64,000 nucleotides of DNA from an uncultured delta proteobacterium. GTDB lineage: Bacteria; Myxococcota_A; Polyangia; Fen-1088. Under the pieces are notes generated by a model. It was not told where the DNA came from. It saw only the letters and a program-made list of their open reading frames with translations, and did no database searches. Shown piece after piece: positions 10,370 to 21,392 of this stretch. A program made the position numbers and the translations under genes. The stretch's first letter is position 1. Each line of letters begins with the position of its first letter. The stretch covers positions 992,001 to 1,056,000 of the forward strand of contig CAVYGB010000010.1 of the NCBI GenBank assembly GCA_963767925.1, written 5' to 3'.

Positions 10370-13300
10370 ATGGTGCCCCACCCCATCCAGCGTCTCCACC
10401 TCGCCGAGGACCTCGTCCGCCGGCGGCGCGCCGACGAGCACCGGCGCTACGCGGCCTCGCAGCGGGCGGGCCGCATCGATCCCAACCCCCATCAGATCGA
10501 TGCCGTGACCTTCGCCCTGCGGCGGCTGCCCGAGGGGGGCTGCATCCTGGCGGACGAGGTGGGGCTGGGCAAGACCATCGAGGCCGGATTGGTGATCGCC
10601 CAGGTCATCGCCGAGGGGGCCCGGCGGGTCCTGGTGGTGACGCCGAAGGCCCTGCTGGGCCAGTGGAAGCAGGAGCTGTTCTCCCTGTTCGGGATCGACG
10701 CCCACGAGGTGCGGCGGGAGGCCCCGAGCTTTCAGGGCGAGGGGGTGTTCCTGGGGACGCGGGACCTGGTGGGCAGCGAGTCGGGGGCGGCGCTGCTGCA
10801 GACCTGCGAGCGGTTCGACCTGTGCGTGATCGACGAGGCCCACGAGGTGTTCGCCGGCATCTACAAGCGCTTCGACCGGGCCGGGGGCCTGCGGGCCCAG
10901 GCCACCCAGGCCCGCATGGCGGGGCGGCTGTCGCAGGCGCTCGCCGCGGCGGGGACGCCGGTGCTGCTGCTGACGGCGACGCCGATGCAGAACTCGCTCA
11001 CCGAGCTGTGGGGCCTGGTCCACTACGTCGACCCGTCGGGCACCCTGCTCGGCGACCTCGCCACCTTCCGCCAGATCTTCTGCCCCTCCGACGATCGGGT
11101 GCTGGCCGAGGGGCAGGAGGACGAGCTGCAGCAGCGCCTGGGCACCGTCTTGCAGCGCACCTTGCGCCGGCAGGCCCAGGAGTTCATGAGCGCGCCGTTC
11201 ATGGGGCGGCAGGCCCGCCTGTTCGAATACGTCATGAGCAGCGAGGAGCGCGAGCTGTACGACGACGTCACCCGCTACCTGCTCGAGCCGAGCCTGTTCG
11301 CCTTCAGCGGCAAGCAGCGCGCGCTGCTGCTGATCGGCTTTCACCGGCTGATGGCCTCGTCGCTCGAGGCCCTCTCGGCCAGCCTGGAGAAGGTGGCCGA
11401 ACGCCTCCGGCGGCTGCGCGACGGCGATCCGCCCGCGGCGGGCGGGCGGGTGGAGCTGGCCGGGGATCTCGAGGAGGAGGAGGCGGCGGTTGGCGACCGG
11501 GAGGAAGACGGCGGCGAGGCGGACGACGGCGCGACGGAGGAGAGACCCGGCGCGACCGCCGGCGACGGCGCCGGTGGAGAGGCCGCCGCGGACGACGCGC
11601 CCGGCATCTCGGCCGAGCTGGCCCGGGTCGAATCGTTCGTGAAGCGGGCGCGGGCGCTGCCCACCGACAGCAAGGCCCTGGCCCTGCTCCGGGCGGTCAA
11701 GCTGGTGCTCGAGCAGGGGGCGGCGGGGCGGAGCAGCGGCAAGGTGGTCATCTTCACCGAGTCGCTCACCACCCAGGACTACCTGCGGCGGCTCCTGATC
11801 GACAGCCGCCTGCTGGCCGACGCCGAGGTCACCCTGTTTCGGGGCAGCAACGATTCAACCCGGGCCCGCCAGGCGCTCGAGCGCTGGGTCGAGGAGGTGG
11901 GCGGCAAGCTGCCCCCCGACAGCCAGCCCACCCCCGATGTGGCGGTCCGGCTGGCCCTCGTGCACGAGTTCCGGCACCGCTCGCGCGCCCTCATCTCCAC
12001 CGAGGCGGGGGCCAAGGGCCTCAACCTGCAGTTCTGCGACACCGTCATCAACTACGACCTGCCCTGGAACCCCCAGCGCATCGAGCAGCGGATCGGCCGC
12101 TGCCACCGCTACGGCCAGCAGCGCGACGTCACCGTCATCAACTTCATCGCCCGGGACAACGAGGCCCAGCGCCTGACCTTCGAGATCCTGAGCCAGAAGC
12201 TCGACCTGTTCGGGACCGTGCTCGGCGCCACCGACGAGGTCCTGCACCGGCCCGGCTCGATCGCCCCCGAGGCGCTGGCCAGCGCCCTGGGCCCCGACTT
12301 CGAAGCCCAGCTCCGCCGCATCTACGACCGGGCCCGCACCATCGAGGAGGTCGAGCGCGAGCTGACCGCCCTGCGGGACAGCCTGGACAGCAAGCGGCAG
12401 GAGTTCGAGAGCGCGCAGCGGCGCACGGCGGACGTCATCCAGCGGCGCTTCGACGCCGCCGTCCGCCAGGTCTTCCGCCGCATCCAGGAGGAGCTGCCGC
12501 GCGAGCTGGCCGAGTTCGATGCCCACGTCGAGCGGGTTGTCGTCGGCTTCCTCGAGGCGGCGGGGATCCCCTTCCAGATCGCCCGGGGCGACGGCACCGC
12601 CACCCTGACGGTGGCGTCGTCGCCCGCGCTCCCCGAGGCCCTGCGCGGCGGCACCGCCTGCACGCTCGGCGGCGCCGCGACGGGGGCGACCCTGCCGGCG
12701 CTGCACCTCGGCCACCCCCTGGTCCTGGCCGCCCTCGAGGACGTCCGGCGGGCGACCCGCGGGCGCCGGTTCTCCCTGCGGATCGAGGCCCGCTCGCCGG
12801 CCACGGCGGCCCTGCGCGGCCGGCGCGGGCGGCTGCGGCTGCTGCGCGATCCAGTCGCGGGGCTTCGAGGCGGTCGAGCAGATCGTCCCGGTGGCGGTCC
12901 TCGAGGGCGAGGGCAGCGCCCTGCCGGCGGAGGTGCTCCGACCGCTGCTGCAAGAGGCGATGGTGGAGCAGCCCGGTGGCCTGGCGCCCCCGCCCGACGT
13001 GTCCGACGAGGCCCTCGCCGACGCGGTCGACGAGCTGCTCTTCCTCCAGGGGGGCGAGAGCGGCGCCCAGGAGCAGCCCCGGTTCGAGCGGACCCTGGTC
13101 CAGCTCGAGCGGTTCATGGGGGATCGGGTGCTCATCCTCGAGCGGCGGCGGGCGGGGGCCCTGGCCGATCGGCTGCGGGCCGAGGCGGCGCGCGACGCCG
13201 CCATGGGCGCCGACCAGCGCAACCGGGCGGAGACGGCGCTGCGCCGGGCCCAGGGCGAGATCGAGCAGTTCGAGGGCGAGATCGCCCGGCTGCGGGCCGG

Positions 13301-13403
13301 CGAGGACGCCCACTATCAGCGCTGGCGCAGCCACGCGCAGGAACGCCGGTCGACGCCGCCGGTGATCGAGGCGATCGCGGACGCGGAGTTCGAGGTCGCA
13401 TGA
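10370..13403 (+). CDS. SNF2-family helicase/ATPase (RapA/HepA-like) with a +1 frameshift near 12848
   Basis: LADEVGLGKT, IDEAH, LTATP, STEAGAKGLNLQ, NYDLPWNPQRIEQRIGR; after LLR the coding signal moves to IQSRGFEAVEQIVPV...DAEFEVA*, whose stop overlaps the next ATG. Confidence 0.85.
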
Positions 13404-14557
13404 CCCCTGGAGAGGTGGACGACGTGGCCCTGAAGCTGCTGCATACCGCCGACTGGCACCTCGGCAAACGGTTCCGGGGGTTCGACGAGCCCGACCGGAT
13501 CACGCTGTCCCGAGCCCGGCTCGACGTGATCGACGCGATCCTGGCCGCCGCCGACCGCAATGGCGTCGACGCTATCCTGTGCGCCGGCGACCTGTTCGAC
13601 GACCCGACCCCCGACCGGCAGTGGTGGGAGCCGCTGGCCAAGAAGCTGTCGCTGGCGGCGAGCCGGCGGCCGATCATCCTGCTTCCGGGGAACCATGACC
13701 CCCTCCAGCCGGGCTCGGTCTACCACCCCGACCACGCCTTCCGGCGCGCCCTGCCGGCCTGGGTGCAGGTGGTCGACCGGGACGACTTCAGCTTCGATCT
13801 CAACGACGCCGCCGTCCTGCACGCCCGGCCCTGCCGCTCCCGGGCCGGGCAGCAGGATCCGGCGCTGGCCCTCCCCGACCGCCCGCCCGGCGACGCGCGC
13901 ATCCGCATCGGCATGGTCCACGGCAGCACGTTCGACGCGGTCGACTGCCAGACCAACTTCCCCATCGCCCGGGACGCCGCCGCCCGGCGGGGGTTCGACT
14001 ACCTCGCCATCGGGGACACCCACAGCACCCGCAACGTGCCGCCCGACGCCCGCCCGCCGGTCGTCTATCCGGGCGCGCCCGAGGCCACCAGCTTCGGCGA
14101 GCCCGAGGCGGGCAACGTCGTGGCGGTCTTCGTGAGCCGCGCCCGGCGGGTCACCTTCCGGCCCGAGCGGGTGGCCTACTGGACCTGGGCCGAGCGGACC
14201 GTGCGCACCCTGGCCGAGCTGCGCGACCTCCGGGCCGAGCCGCAGCTCGCCCGCACCGTCCTGCGCCTGCTCATCGACCTCGACCTGTCGGCGCCCGAGC
14301 TCGACGAGGCGGAGGCGATCCTGCGCGAGCTCAAGGGCACCCCGGCGGCGCGAGGCCGGGTCGGCATCCTCCAGGCCGACCGGGGGCGCCTGCGCCTCGA
14401 CACCGCCGGCATCGAGGCGCTGCTGGGCGATCTCCCCGACGTGTTGCGGGCCACGGTGGCGCAGCTCCGGACGCTCGAGGGGGGCGAGCAGGGCGAGGTG
14501 GCGCGCGCCGCCCTCTACCACCTGTACCGGCTGGCCCGGGAGGCGGCGGCGCCATGA
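13400..14557 (+). CDS. SbcD/Mre11-like metallophosphoesterase nuclease
   Basis: LLHTADWHLG, AGDLFD, PGNHD, MVHGS, YLAIGDTHS, YPGAPE; ATGA overlaps at both ends. Confidence 0.9.
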   Translation: MTPGEVDDVALKLLHTADWHLGKRFRGFDEPDRITLSRARLDVIDAILAAADRNGVDAILCAGDLFDDPTPDRQWWEPLAKKLSLAASRRPIILLPGNHDPLQPGSVYHPDHAFRRALPAWVQVVDRDDFSFDLNDAAVLHARPCRSRAGQQDPALALPDRPPGDARIRIGMVHGSTFDAVDCQTNFPIARDAAARRGFDYLAIGDTHSTRNVPPDARPPVVYPGAPEATSFGEPEAGNVVAVFVSRARRVTFRPERVAYWTWAERTVRTLAELRDLRAEPQLARTVLRLLIDLDLSAPELDEAEAILRELKGTPAARGRVGILQADRGRLRLDTAGIEALLGDLPDVLRATVAQLRTLEGGEQGEVARAALYHLYRLAREAAAP

Positions 14558-17500
14558 GGCTGGTGCGGCTCTCGGTCGAGCACTTCCAGTGCATCCGCGC
14601 GGCCGACCTCGACTTCGGGCGGGGCCTCAACGTGCTGTTCGGGCCCAACGATCTCGGCAAGTCGAGCCTGGCCTGGGCGATCCGGGCGGTGCTGCTGCTG
14701 CAGCACAACGCCGCCGCCCACGAGCGGTTCGTCTCCTGGTACGGCGACGGCGAGCCGCGGGTGGCGCTCACCCTGTGCGACGACGAGGAGCGCTACTGGC
14801 GGGTCAGCAAGACCTTCGGCGGCGCCGGCTCCGGGCGCTCGCACCTCGAATCGTCGAAGGACGGGCGCACCTTCAGCACCGAGGCCTCCGGGCGCCAGGT
14901 CGACGACCGGCTGCGCACCCTCCTGCGCTGGGGGATCCAGCGGCCCGGGGGCCAGGGCCCGCGCGGCTTCCCCTCGAGCTTCCTCACCCAGGTGCTGCTG
15001 GCCGAGCAGAACGACGTCCCCAGCGTGCTGTTCGACGGATCGCTGGTGAAGGACCCCGACGACTCGGGCCGCCTGCGCCTGACCGAGGCGCTCAGCGTCC
15101 TGGCCCAGGATCCCCTCTTCAAGAAGGTCCTCGACACCGCCCAGGAGCAGGTCGACACCGCCTTCACCCCGACCGGGCAGCGGCGCCGGGGCAAGGGCTC
15201 CCCCTTCGTCGAGATCGCTGACCAGCTCGCTACCATGCTGCGCGAGCGCGACGAGCTGGAGGAGAAGGTCCGCGAGACTGCCGCCGCCGAGACCCGCGTG
15301 CGGCAGGTCAGCGGCGAGCGCGACGAGCTGCTGCGCAAGCTGGAGGAGGCTCGCCTCGAGCTGGCGGCGGCGGAGACCCAGCTCGCCGCCCGCCAGCGGC
15401 GCGAGGCGCTGCGGACCCAGCGAGACGCCGGGCTCGCCGCCGTGCGAGCCGCCGAGGACGGGCAGCGCCGGATCGACGCCCTCGGCGAGGAGGTGCCGCG
15501 GCTCAAGGCCGCGGTCGAGGTGGGCGAGGCCGGGCTGCGGGCGGCGAGCGAAGGGGTCGCAGCCAGCGAACGCGCGCGCGACGGGGCCCGCCAGCGCTTC
15601 GACGCCCTGGCGCACGAGGATCGCGCGGCCGACCAGCGGCTGCGCGCGCTCGAGGAGGGCCAGCGCGCGGCCGGGGAGGCCCTGCACCTGTCGGAGCGAT
15701 CGCTCGAGCGGGCCAGCGAGGCGTTGCGCCTGGCGGGCGAGGCCGCCACCGCCGTCGCCCAGGCAGCGGGGCTGGCCGGGACGGCGGCGGAGGAGTCGGC
15801 GGCGGCCGAGGCGGCGGTGGCCCGGGTGGCGCCGGAGGTGGTGCGCGCGGGCCAGGAGGTCGAGGCGGCGCGGGGGCGGCTGCAGGCGCTGGCCAGCGAA
15901 GATCGGGCCCGGACCCGCGAGCGCCAGGGGGGCGAGCTCGAGCACCGCCGCCTCACCCTGGAGGCCCGGCGGGCGGCCGCGGCCCGGGCGCTCGAGGTGG
16001 CGGTGGAGGCCGGCCGGATCGCGGCGGCGGCCGAGGCGGCGGAGGGCCTGCGCGGGTCGCTCGGGCAGCAGGTGGCCGCAGGGCAGGCGGCGCTGGCCGG
16101 GCTGGAGCAGGCGCTGGCGGCGCTCCTGACCGAGCGCGGGCGGCTGGACCAGGTCGAGCGCCACGCCCGGGCCACGGAGGTGCGCGCGGCCCTGGCGGCG
16201 GCGGGGCAGGCGGCGGCGACGGCGGAGGCCGAGCGGGCCCGGGCGGTCGCGCTGCGCGGCCGGGCGGTCGCCCTGCGGGCGGAGGTCCCCCCCGAGCTGC
16301 CTCCGGCCGCGGAGATCGCGGCCCTGCGCGCGCTGCGGGACGACCTGCGGGTGGCAGAGGCCCGGCTGGGCGGCGGGCTGTCGGTGACGGTGCGGCCGCG
16401 GCGGTCGCTCGCCCTGCGCTTCACGATCGACGGCGAGGCCCGGCCGGCGAGCAAGAGCGCCGAGGAGGTGGTCCTGACGGCAGAGAAGACGCTGGCCGTG
16501 ACCATCGGCGATCTCGTCGAGGTCGAGGTGACCGCCGGCGAGGAGAGCGCCCGCCAGGCCGCGACCAAGCTGCGCCGGCGCTGGACCCGGCAGGCGGCCC
16601 CGCTGCTCGCCCGGCTGGGGGTGGAGGCCGTCGAGGGGCTCGAGGCCCGGCGCGAGCAGGCCGAGGCGGCCCTCCGCTCGGCCGGCGAGGCGGAGCGGGA
16701 GGCGGACGGGATCGAGAAGGCGGCCAGCGCGCGGGATCAGGCGGGGACGGTCGCCGACCTCGGCAAGCAGCTCGAGGAGCTCGAGCGGGAGCTCGGCGAC
16801 GCCGATCGGGCGGAGCTGGCCCGCCTGCTGGCCCAGCTCGGCGAGCGCTGGCCGGCCGCCCGCAAGCAGCGGCTGGCCGAGGTCGAGCGCGGGATCCAGA
16901 CCGGCCAGGCCGATCTGGCCGGACAGCGCGATCAGGTGACCCGGCTGCAGACCGAGCTCGAGATCCGGGTCCGCGAGGCGGAGGCCCGCCGGACCGAGGC
17001 GACCCGGGCCGCCGCGGACTTTCCTGACGGCCCGGCCGCGGCGGCGGCCCGCCAGCAGGAGGAGGTCACCGGCGCCGAGCGCGCGCTCGCGGGCCTGGCC
17101 AGCGAGCTGGCGGCGTTGACCGGCGACCGATCGGGGGAGGAGGACTCCGCCCGCGCCCAGCTCGCCGACGCCGAGCGGCTGCTCGCCTCGGCCCAGAAGG
17201 AGCGCGACGCGCTCGGCGCCCGGGCGCAGGCCCTTCGCGACCGGGCGCTGCAGGCCACGACCCGGCTCGGCGACGCCCGGGCCCGCGCCCGCGGGCTGGA
17301 TCCGGAGGGCGTCTGGGCGGCGGCCCTGGAGGCGCCCGCCCCCGCGCTGTCCCTGGCGCCCTGGCAGGCGGCGCTCGCCGCGGCCGAGGCGACCCGCGAC
17401 ACCCGCCGGCGCGAGCGGGCCGCCGCCGCCGAGGAGATCACCCGGGTCGGCGCCGAGCGGGCGGCCGCCATCGGCGACGCGCGCAAGGCGTTCGAGGCGA

Positions 17501-18435
17501 GCGAGGAGCGGACCCGCGCCGCCCGCAGCCAGCTCGATGGGCGGCGGGCCGAGCAGGCCCAGCGGCAGGACGCGCTGGCCCGGACAGGAGAGGCCCTCGC
17601 CGAGCTGCGCATCGCCAGCGCGGGCAGCAACCTCGAGGAGGCCCGTCGGACCGTGGGCGCCCTCGAGGCCGAGCTGGCCGCCCTCGGGGCGGTGGCGGGT
17701 AGCGTGGATGCGGCCGGCGTCGCCGGGCTGCGGGCGGCGCTGGATCGCCTGGCAGCCCAGGTGCGGGACGGCGAGACCGAGCTGGCCAAGGCGCGCGGCG
17801 CCCTCGAGCACGTGGGCGGCGCCATCGTCCGGGAGCGCCAGCGCGACCTCGACGGGGCCATCGTGCAGGCCCGCGAGCGGGAGCACGAGACCGAGATCGC
17901 GTTCGACGGCTGGCGGCTCCTCGTCGACACCCTCCGCGCCACCGAGTCCGCCGAGGGCGCCCACCTCGGCCGCGCCCTGGCCGGGCCGGTCAGCGCCCGG
18001 TTCCGGTCGCTCACCGCCGGGCGCTACGGAGCGCTCGAGCTGGATGCCCACCTGGAGGCCACCGGCCTGCAGGTCGCGGGCAACCTCCGCCAGATCGCCG
18101 CCCTGTCCGCCGGCACCCAGGATCAGCTCGCCACCTTGCTGCGGGTCTGCATCGCCGAGCAGCTCCAGAGCGCCATCGTCCTCGACGACCACCTGAGCCA
18201 GAGCGACCCCGAGCGCATCGCCTGGTTCAACGCCGTCCTCCGCGAAGCCGCCCAGCAGGTGCAGATCATCCTCATCACCTGCCGCCCCTCGGAGGTCCTC
18301 ACCCCCGACGAGCTGCCCGCCACCGGCGAGGTGGCCCGCTCGGGCGCCGCCGGCCTGGTCCGGGTTGTCGACATGACCAAGGTGATCACCCGCGCCGGCT
18401 CCCCCCCGCCCCGGGAGCCGCCCCCCGGCGCGTAG
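14554..18435 (+). CDS. SbcC/Rad50/SMC-like ABC ATPase with long coiled coils
   Basis: Walker A GPNDLGKSS, long Ala/Glu/Arg coiled coil, signature LSAGTQDQ, Walker B IVLDDHL. Confidence 0.88.
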   Translation: MRLVRLSVEHFQCIRAADLDFGRGLNVLFGPNDLGKSSLAWAIRAVLLLQHNAAAHERFVSWYGDGEPRVALTLCDDEERYWRVSKTFGGAGSGRSHLESSKDGRTFSTEASGRQVDDRLRTLLRWGIQRPGGQGPRGFPSSFLTQVLLAEQNDVPSVLFDGSLVKDPDDSGRLRLTEALSVLAQDPLFKKVLDTAQEQVDTAFTPTGQRRRGKGSPFVEIADQLATMLRERDELEEKVRETAAAETRVRQVSGERDELLRKLEEARLELAAAETQLAARQRREALRTQRDAGLAAVRAAEDGQRRIDALGEEVPRLKAAVEVGEAGLRAASEGVAASERARDGARQRFDALAHEDRAADQRLRALEEGQRAAGEALHLSERSLERASEALRLAGEAATAVAQAAGLAGTAAEESAAAEAAVARVAPEVVRAGQEVEAARGRLQALASEDRARTRERQGGELEHRRLTLEARRAAAARALEVAVEAGRIAAAAEAAEGLRGSLGQQVAAGQAALAGLEQALAALLTERGRLDQVERHARATEVRAALAAAGQAAATAEAERARAVALRGRAVALRAEVPPELPPAAEIAALRALRDDLRVAEARLGGGLSVTVRPRRSLALRFTIDGEARPASKSAEEVVLTAEKTLAVTIGDLVEVEVTAGEESARQAATKLRRRWTRQAAPLLARLGVEAVEGLEARREQAEAALRSAGEAEREADGIEKAASARDQAGTVADLGKQLEELERELGDADRAELARLLAQLGERWPAARKQRLAEVERGIQTGQADLAGQRDQVTRLQTELEIRVREAEARRTEATRAAADFPDGPAAAAARQQEEVTGAERALAGLASELAALTGDRSGEEDSARAQLADAERLLASAQKERDALGARAQALRDRALQATTRLGDARARARGLDPEGVWAAALEAPAPALSLAPWQAALAAAEATRDTRRRERAAAAEEITRVGAERAAAIGDARKAFEASEERTRAARSQLDGRRAEQAQRQDALARTGEALAELRIASAGSNLEEARRTVGALEAELAALGAVAGSVDAAGVAGLRAALDRLAAQVRDGETELAKARGALEHVGGAIVRERQRDLDGAIVQAREREHETEIAFDGWRLLVDTLRATESAEGAHLGRALAGPVSARFRSLTAGRYGALELDAHLEATGLQVAGNLRQIAALSAGTQDQLATLLRVCIAEQLQSAIVLDDHLSQSDPERIAWFNAVLREAAQQVQIILITCRPSEVLTPDELPATGEVARSGAAGLVRVVDMTKVITRAGSPPPREPPPGA

Positions 18436-18438
18436 CTG

Positions 18439-18783
18439 ATGATCTCTTACGAGGGCCGCCGTTTCCGATCGGTCTCGAACTCCGCCGGGGGCGACGTCGG
18501 CGCCGCCACGACGTTCCACTACCACCAGGAGGGCGACCTGGTCTGGGCCACCTACGCGGGCGGATCCGTCCAGCTCGGCACCCTGCTGGCCCGGGTCGAT
18601 CCCGCCGGCAACCTCGACATGCGGTACCACCACGTCGCCACCGACGGCACCTTCAAGACCGGCCGTTGCCAGTCCCGCCCCGAGCTCCTCCCCGACGGCC
18701 GCCTCCGCCTCCACGAACGCTGGCAATGGACCGACGGCAGCGAAGGCGAGGGCGCCTCGATCATCGAGGAGATCGCCCCCTGA
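18439..18783 (+). CDS. Small conserved beta-barrel hypothetical protein
   Basis: MISYEGRRFRSVSNS...FHYHQEGDLVWATYAGG...LPDGRLRLHERWQWT...SIIEEI; starts 3 nt after ATPase stop. Confidence 0.75.
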   Translation: MISYEGRRFRSVSNSAGGDVGAATTFHYHQEGDLVWATYAGGSVQLGTLLARVDPAGNLDMRYHHVATDGTFKTGRCQSRPELLPDGRLRLHERWQWTDGSEGEGASIIEEIAP

Positions 18784-18833
18784 GGTTCTTCGCCAGGTAG
18801 CACGAAGAGCGAGACAACGGGCGTTCTCGAGCC

Positions 18834-18978
18834 GGCGAGCTGCGGATCGGCCTGTGGAAGCTGGAGTACACGCCGGTGGGCGCCAGCCGCCTGCTGCTGG
18901 AGACCTCAGGTGGCGCGGCTGCGCGGCGCCCTGGTGGGCAGCAACTTCGTGGTGGCGCCCTATCTGCTGTGGCGGTGA
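18834..18978 (+). pseudogene. Possible frameshifted 3' gene remnant of unknown family
   Basis: GELRIGLWKLEYTPVGASRLLLE then shift to QVARLRGALVGSNFVVAPYLLWR*; coding-like codons, no start. Confidence 0.3.
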
Positions 18979-18993
18979 GCGTTCAACCGGCCT

Positions 18994-20079
18994 TCAGGGG
19001 CAGATCACGATCTTTCCCGACACCCGGCCGGCTGCGAGCCGGCGGTGCGCGTCCGGCACCTCGGCCAGCCCGATGCGCTCGGCGACGAGCGGCCGGATGG
19101 TGCGCTCGGCGAGCATCCGGAAGAGCACCTCGAGATCCGCGCGAAACCAGGCGGGGTGGCGCTTGCGGAGGGCGACGATCGAGTAGAAGCCGGCCGTCTT
19201 GCCGTTGGGCAACAGGTCCCAGAGCCGCAGCCGCACCAGCCACCAGGCCACCTTCACGAGGCGCGCCCCCTCCTTCACCGCGGCCGACAGCCCGAAGGCG
19301 CTCAGCCTCCCCCCGCGCCCGACCGACGCCCACGAACGGGCGAAGCCCTTCTCCCCGACTCCGTCGAAGACCACGTCGAAGCCGCCCGGCCCGAACACCG
19401 GCCCGTCCTCGCGCTGGAAGTCGAGCGGCGTGGCGCAGAGGGAGCGCACCAGCTCGGCGTCCGCCGCGCGCGCCGTCCCCCACACGCGCAGCCCTGCCCG
19501 GGCGGCCAGCACCAGCAAGGCTTGACCAACGGCCCCCGCCGCCCCGTGAACCAGCACCCGCTGGCCCGGCTCCACCCGGGCGTGCCGGTGCAGGAGCTGA
19601 TACGCCGTCGTCCAGCTCAAGATGAGCGCGGCGGCCTGCGCCGAGTCCACCCCCTCCGGCACCCGCACGACCCGGTCCGCGCGCAGGGTGCGATAGCGGG
19701 CATAAGAGCCGATCATCGTGAGATCGGCGACCCGCTCTCCCACGCGAAAGCCGGTCACGCCGGGCCCCAGCGCGTCGATCTCACCGACGACGTCGTAGCC
19801 GAGGACCAGCGGCGGCCGCTGCTTCAGGTCGGGATACTTTCCTTGCCGCAGGACCAGGTCGGTGAACTGCACGCTCGCCGCGAGCACGCGCACCCGCACC
19901 TCCCCCGCCTCCGGAGTGGGCATCGGCGCGTCGTCGAGCAGGAGCTCCTCCGGCCCCCCGAAGCGCCGCAGCAGCAGCACCTCCTGCCGTCTGTTCGCCG
20001 GGTTCGAGGCCGGCGCGGCGAGGCCAGCGCGCGTGGGCTCTCCGTTCATGGCGTCTTCCTCGGGGTGCGGTTTGTCCAC
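18994..20079 (-). CDS. Medium-chain dehydrogenase/reductase (quinone oxidoreductase-like)
   Basis: FGGPEEL, GEVRVRVLAA, LGYDVVGEIDALG, VLVHGAAGAVG, GKIVICP; start may be ATG 20049. Confidence 0.88.
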   Translation of the reverse strand: MDKPHPEEDAMNGEPTRAGLAAPASNPANRRQEVLLLRRFGGPEELLLDDAPMPTPEAGEVRVRVLAASVQFTDLVLRQGKYPDLKQRPPLVLGYDVVGEIDALGPGVTGFRVGERVADLTMIGSYARYRTLRADRVVRVPEGVDSAQAAALILSWTTAYQLLHRHARVEPGQRVLVHGAAGAVGQALLVLAARAGLRVWGTARAADAELVRSLCATPLDFQREDGPVFGPGGFDVVFDGVGEKGFARSWASVGRGGRLSAFGLSAAVKEGARLVKVAWWLVRLRLWDLLPNGKTAGFYSIVALRKRHPAWFRADLEVLFRMLAERTIRPLVAERIGLAEVPDAHRRLAAGRVSGKIVICP

Positions 20080-20181
20080 CCGCCCACCATGCCGCGCCCC
20101 GCCCCCGCCCGCGATGGCCCTGCCCGCCAGAAAGCTCGCGCTCGCCGCCAGGGCGGCACGGACGGGACGGCGCGCGGATCG

Positions 20182-20877
20182 CTATTTTGTCGCGACGGAT
20201 CGCCCTCGGGGCGCTTTCCACCGCCGGTGGCCGTCCACCAGTCTCTTCTTCTGCCAGCCGGGCGGAGGTCGGCGGCCCGGATCGGCCGTCGCCACCAGCG
20301 AGTTGTCCACCCAGCGGGCGCTACGAGGGCGCACGTCGACGTGCACGAAGCCACGACGGGGATAAAACCCGATGCCCATGTGGCCGCTGTCGAGGGACTC
20401 CACGTAGGCGAGCAGGCTGGCCGGCGACACCCCCCGGACGAAGATGTCCGTCGCGGTCCCCCGGTAGTGGAAGCTGCTCGTGTTGCGCTGGTAGCGGTAG
20501 CCCGAGGTCACCAGGATGGGACGATTGCCGAAGTGATCGTAGACCTGGGAGAGGATGGCGAGCAGGCGTGGGTCGACGCCCTTCTCCAGGTTCGTCCGGG
20601 GGCAGCGCAGAAAATGCGAGACCGCCTTGAGCGCGCGGACGTTGTAAGAGCCGTCGGCGTTGTAGATGTTCACCTTGACCGACTCTCTCCGGATGAAGTG
20701 AGCCAGGCGGAGATTGCCGGAAGGCCGGGACGGCGACAGCGTGACGTTGTCGCCCACCTGCGGGAGCCCCACGTGGTCGGGAGGCTGCGGGACGGCATGC
20801 GCGAGGAGGACGAGGCCGATGACGCTGACCGGACTGATCACCCCGGAAGGCTCGATCCGCTCCCGCCTGTCTGTCAA
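20182..20877 (-). CDS. YcbK/DUF882 (peptidase M15A, MepK-like) peptidoglycan endopeptidase
   Basis: DPRLLAIL, VTSGYR, SFHYRGTATDI, GIGFYPRRGFVHVDVR; start uncertain. Confidence 0.8.
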   Translation of the reverse strand: MTDRRERIEPSGVISPVSVIGLVLLAHAVPQPPDHVGLPQVGDNVTLSPSRPSGNLRLAHFIRRESVKVNIYNADGSYNVRALKAVSHFLRCPRTNLEKGVDPRLLAILSQVYDHFGNRPILVTSGYRYQRNTSSFHYRGTATDIFVRGVSPASLLAYVESLDSGHMGIGFYPRRGFVHVDVRPRSARWVDNSLVATADPGRRPPPGWQKKRLVDGHRRWKAPRGRSVATK

Positions 20878-21392
20878 CAGGGGAGTTTCGGGGCCTCTTC
20901 GATGTCCGGCCGCGGTTACCTACGGCCCGCTGGGCCGTAGCGGCCTCCCGGAGCGCGCGTCGGTGGTGGCGGTTCAGGCACCGAGCGTCGGGGTCACTTC
21001 GGGCGGATCACCTCGACCACCTGGAAGACCTCGGACTTGACCAGCTCGTGGTTGCGGGGGGCGGCGTCGACGAGGCGACCGGGCGGCTATTTCGGAGCCA
21101 CCGATCCACGGCTCCGGCGCGTCGCTGGGCCGGTCTATCGGCCGACAGCGTGCGGTGCGGAGGAGAGAAAGCGGTCGGGCCACGAACCGGTCGAGCTGCG
21201 CGAAGGCGGAGCGGGCCGGGCCCCCCCTGCCAGGCGCGCGAAGCCGAGCGGGCCGGGAATCCGGAATCCCCGGCCAGGGGGCGAGGGTCGCTGGGGCTGG
21301 CAACCCGGCCGAGGCGGACGGGGGAATCAGGGGGGGGTGGGAAGGTGCGACGTGGGTTTCTGGGGCCGGGGAGTCGGCGTATATTGGCGGCC

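Noticed and set aside
10370..14557. 1395-aa SNF2-nuclease fusion protein
   Set aside because: Residues after about 12848 are out-of-frame Arg/Gly/Pro text; the alternate frame is protein-like and ends in an ATGA overlap, so there are two genes
20880..21390. Short ORFs between the YcbK and cyclophilin genes
   Set aside because: Low-complexity translations with no motifs or SD; likely a divergent promoter region
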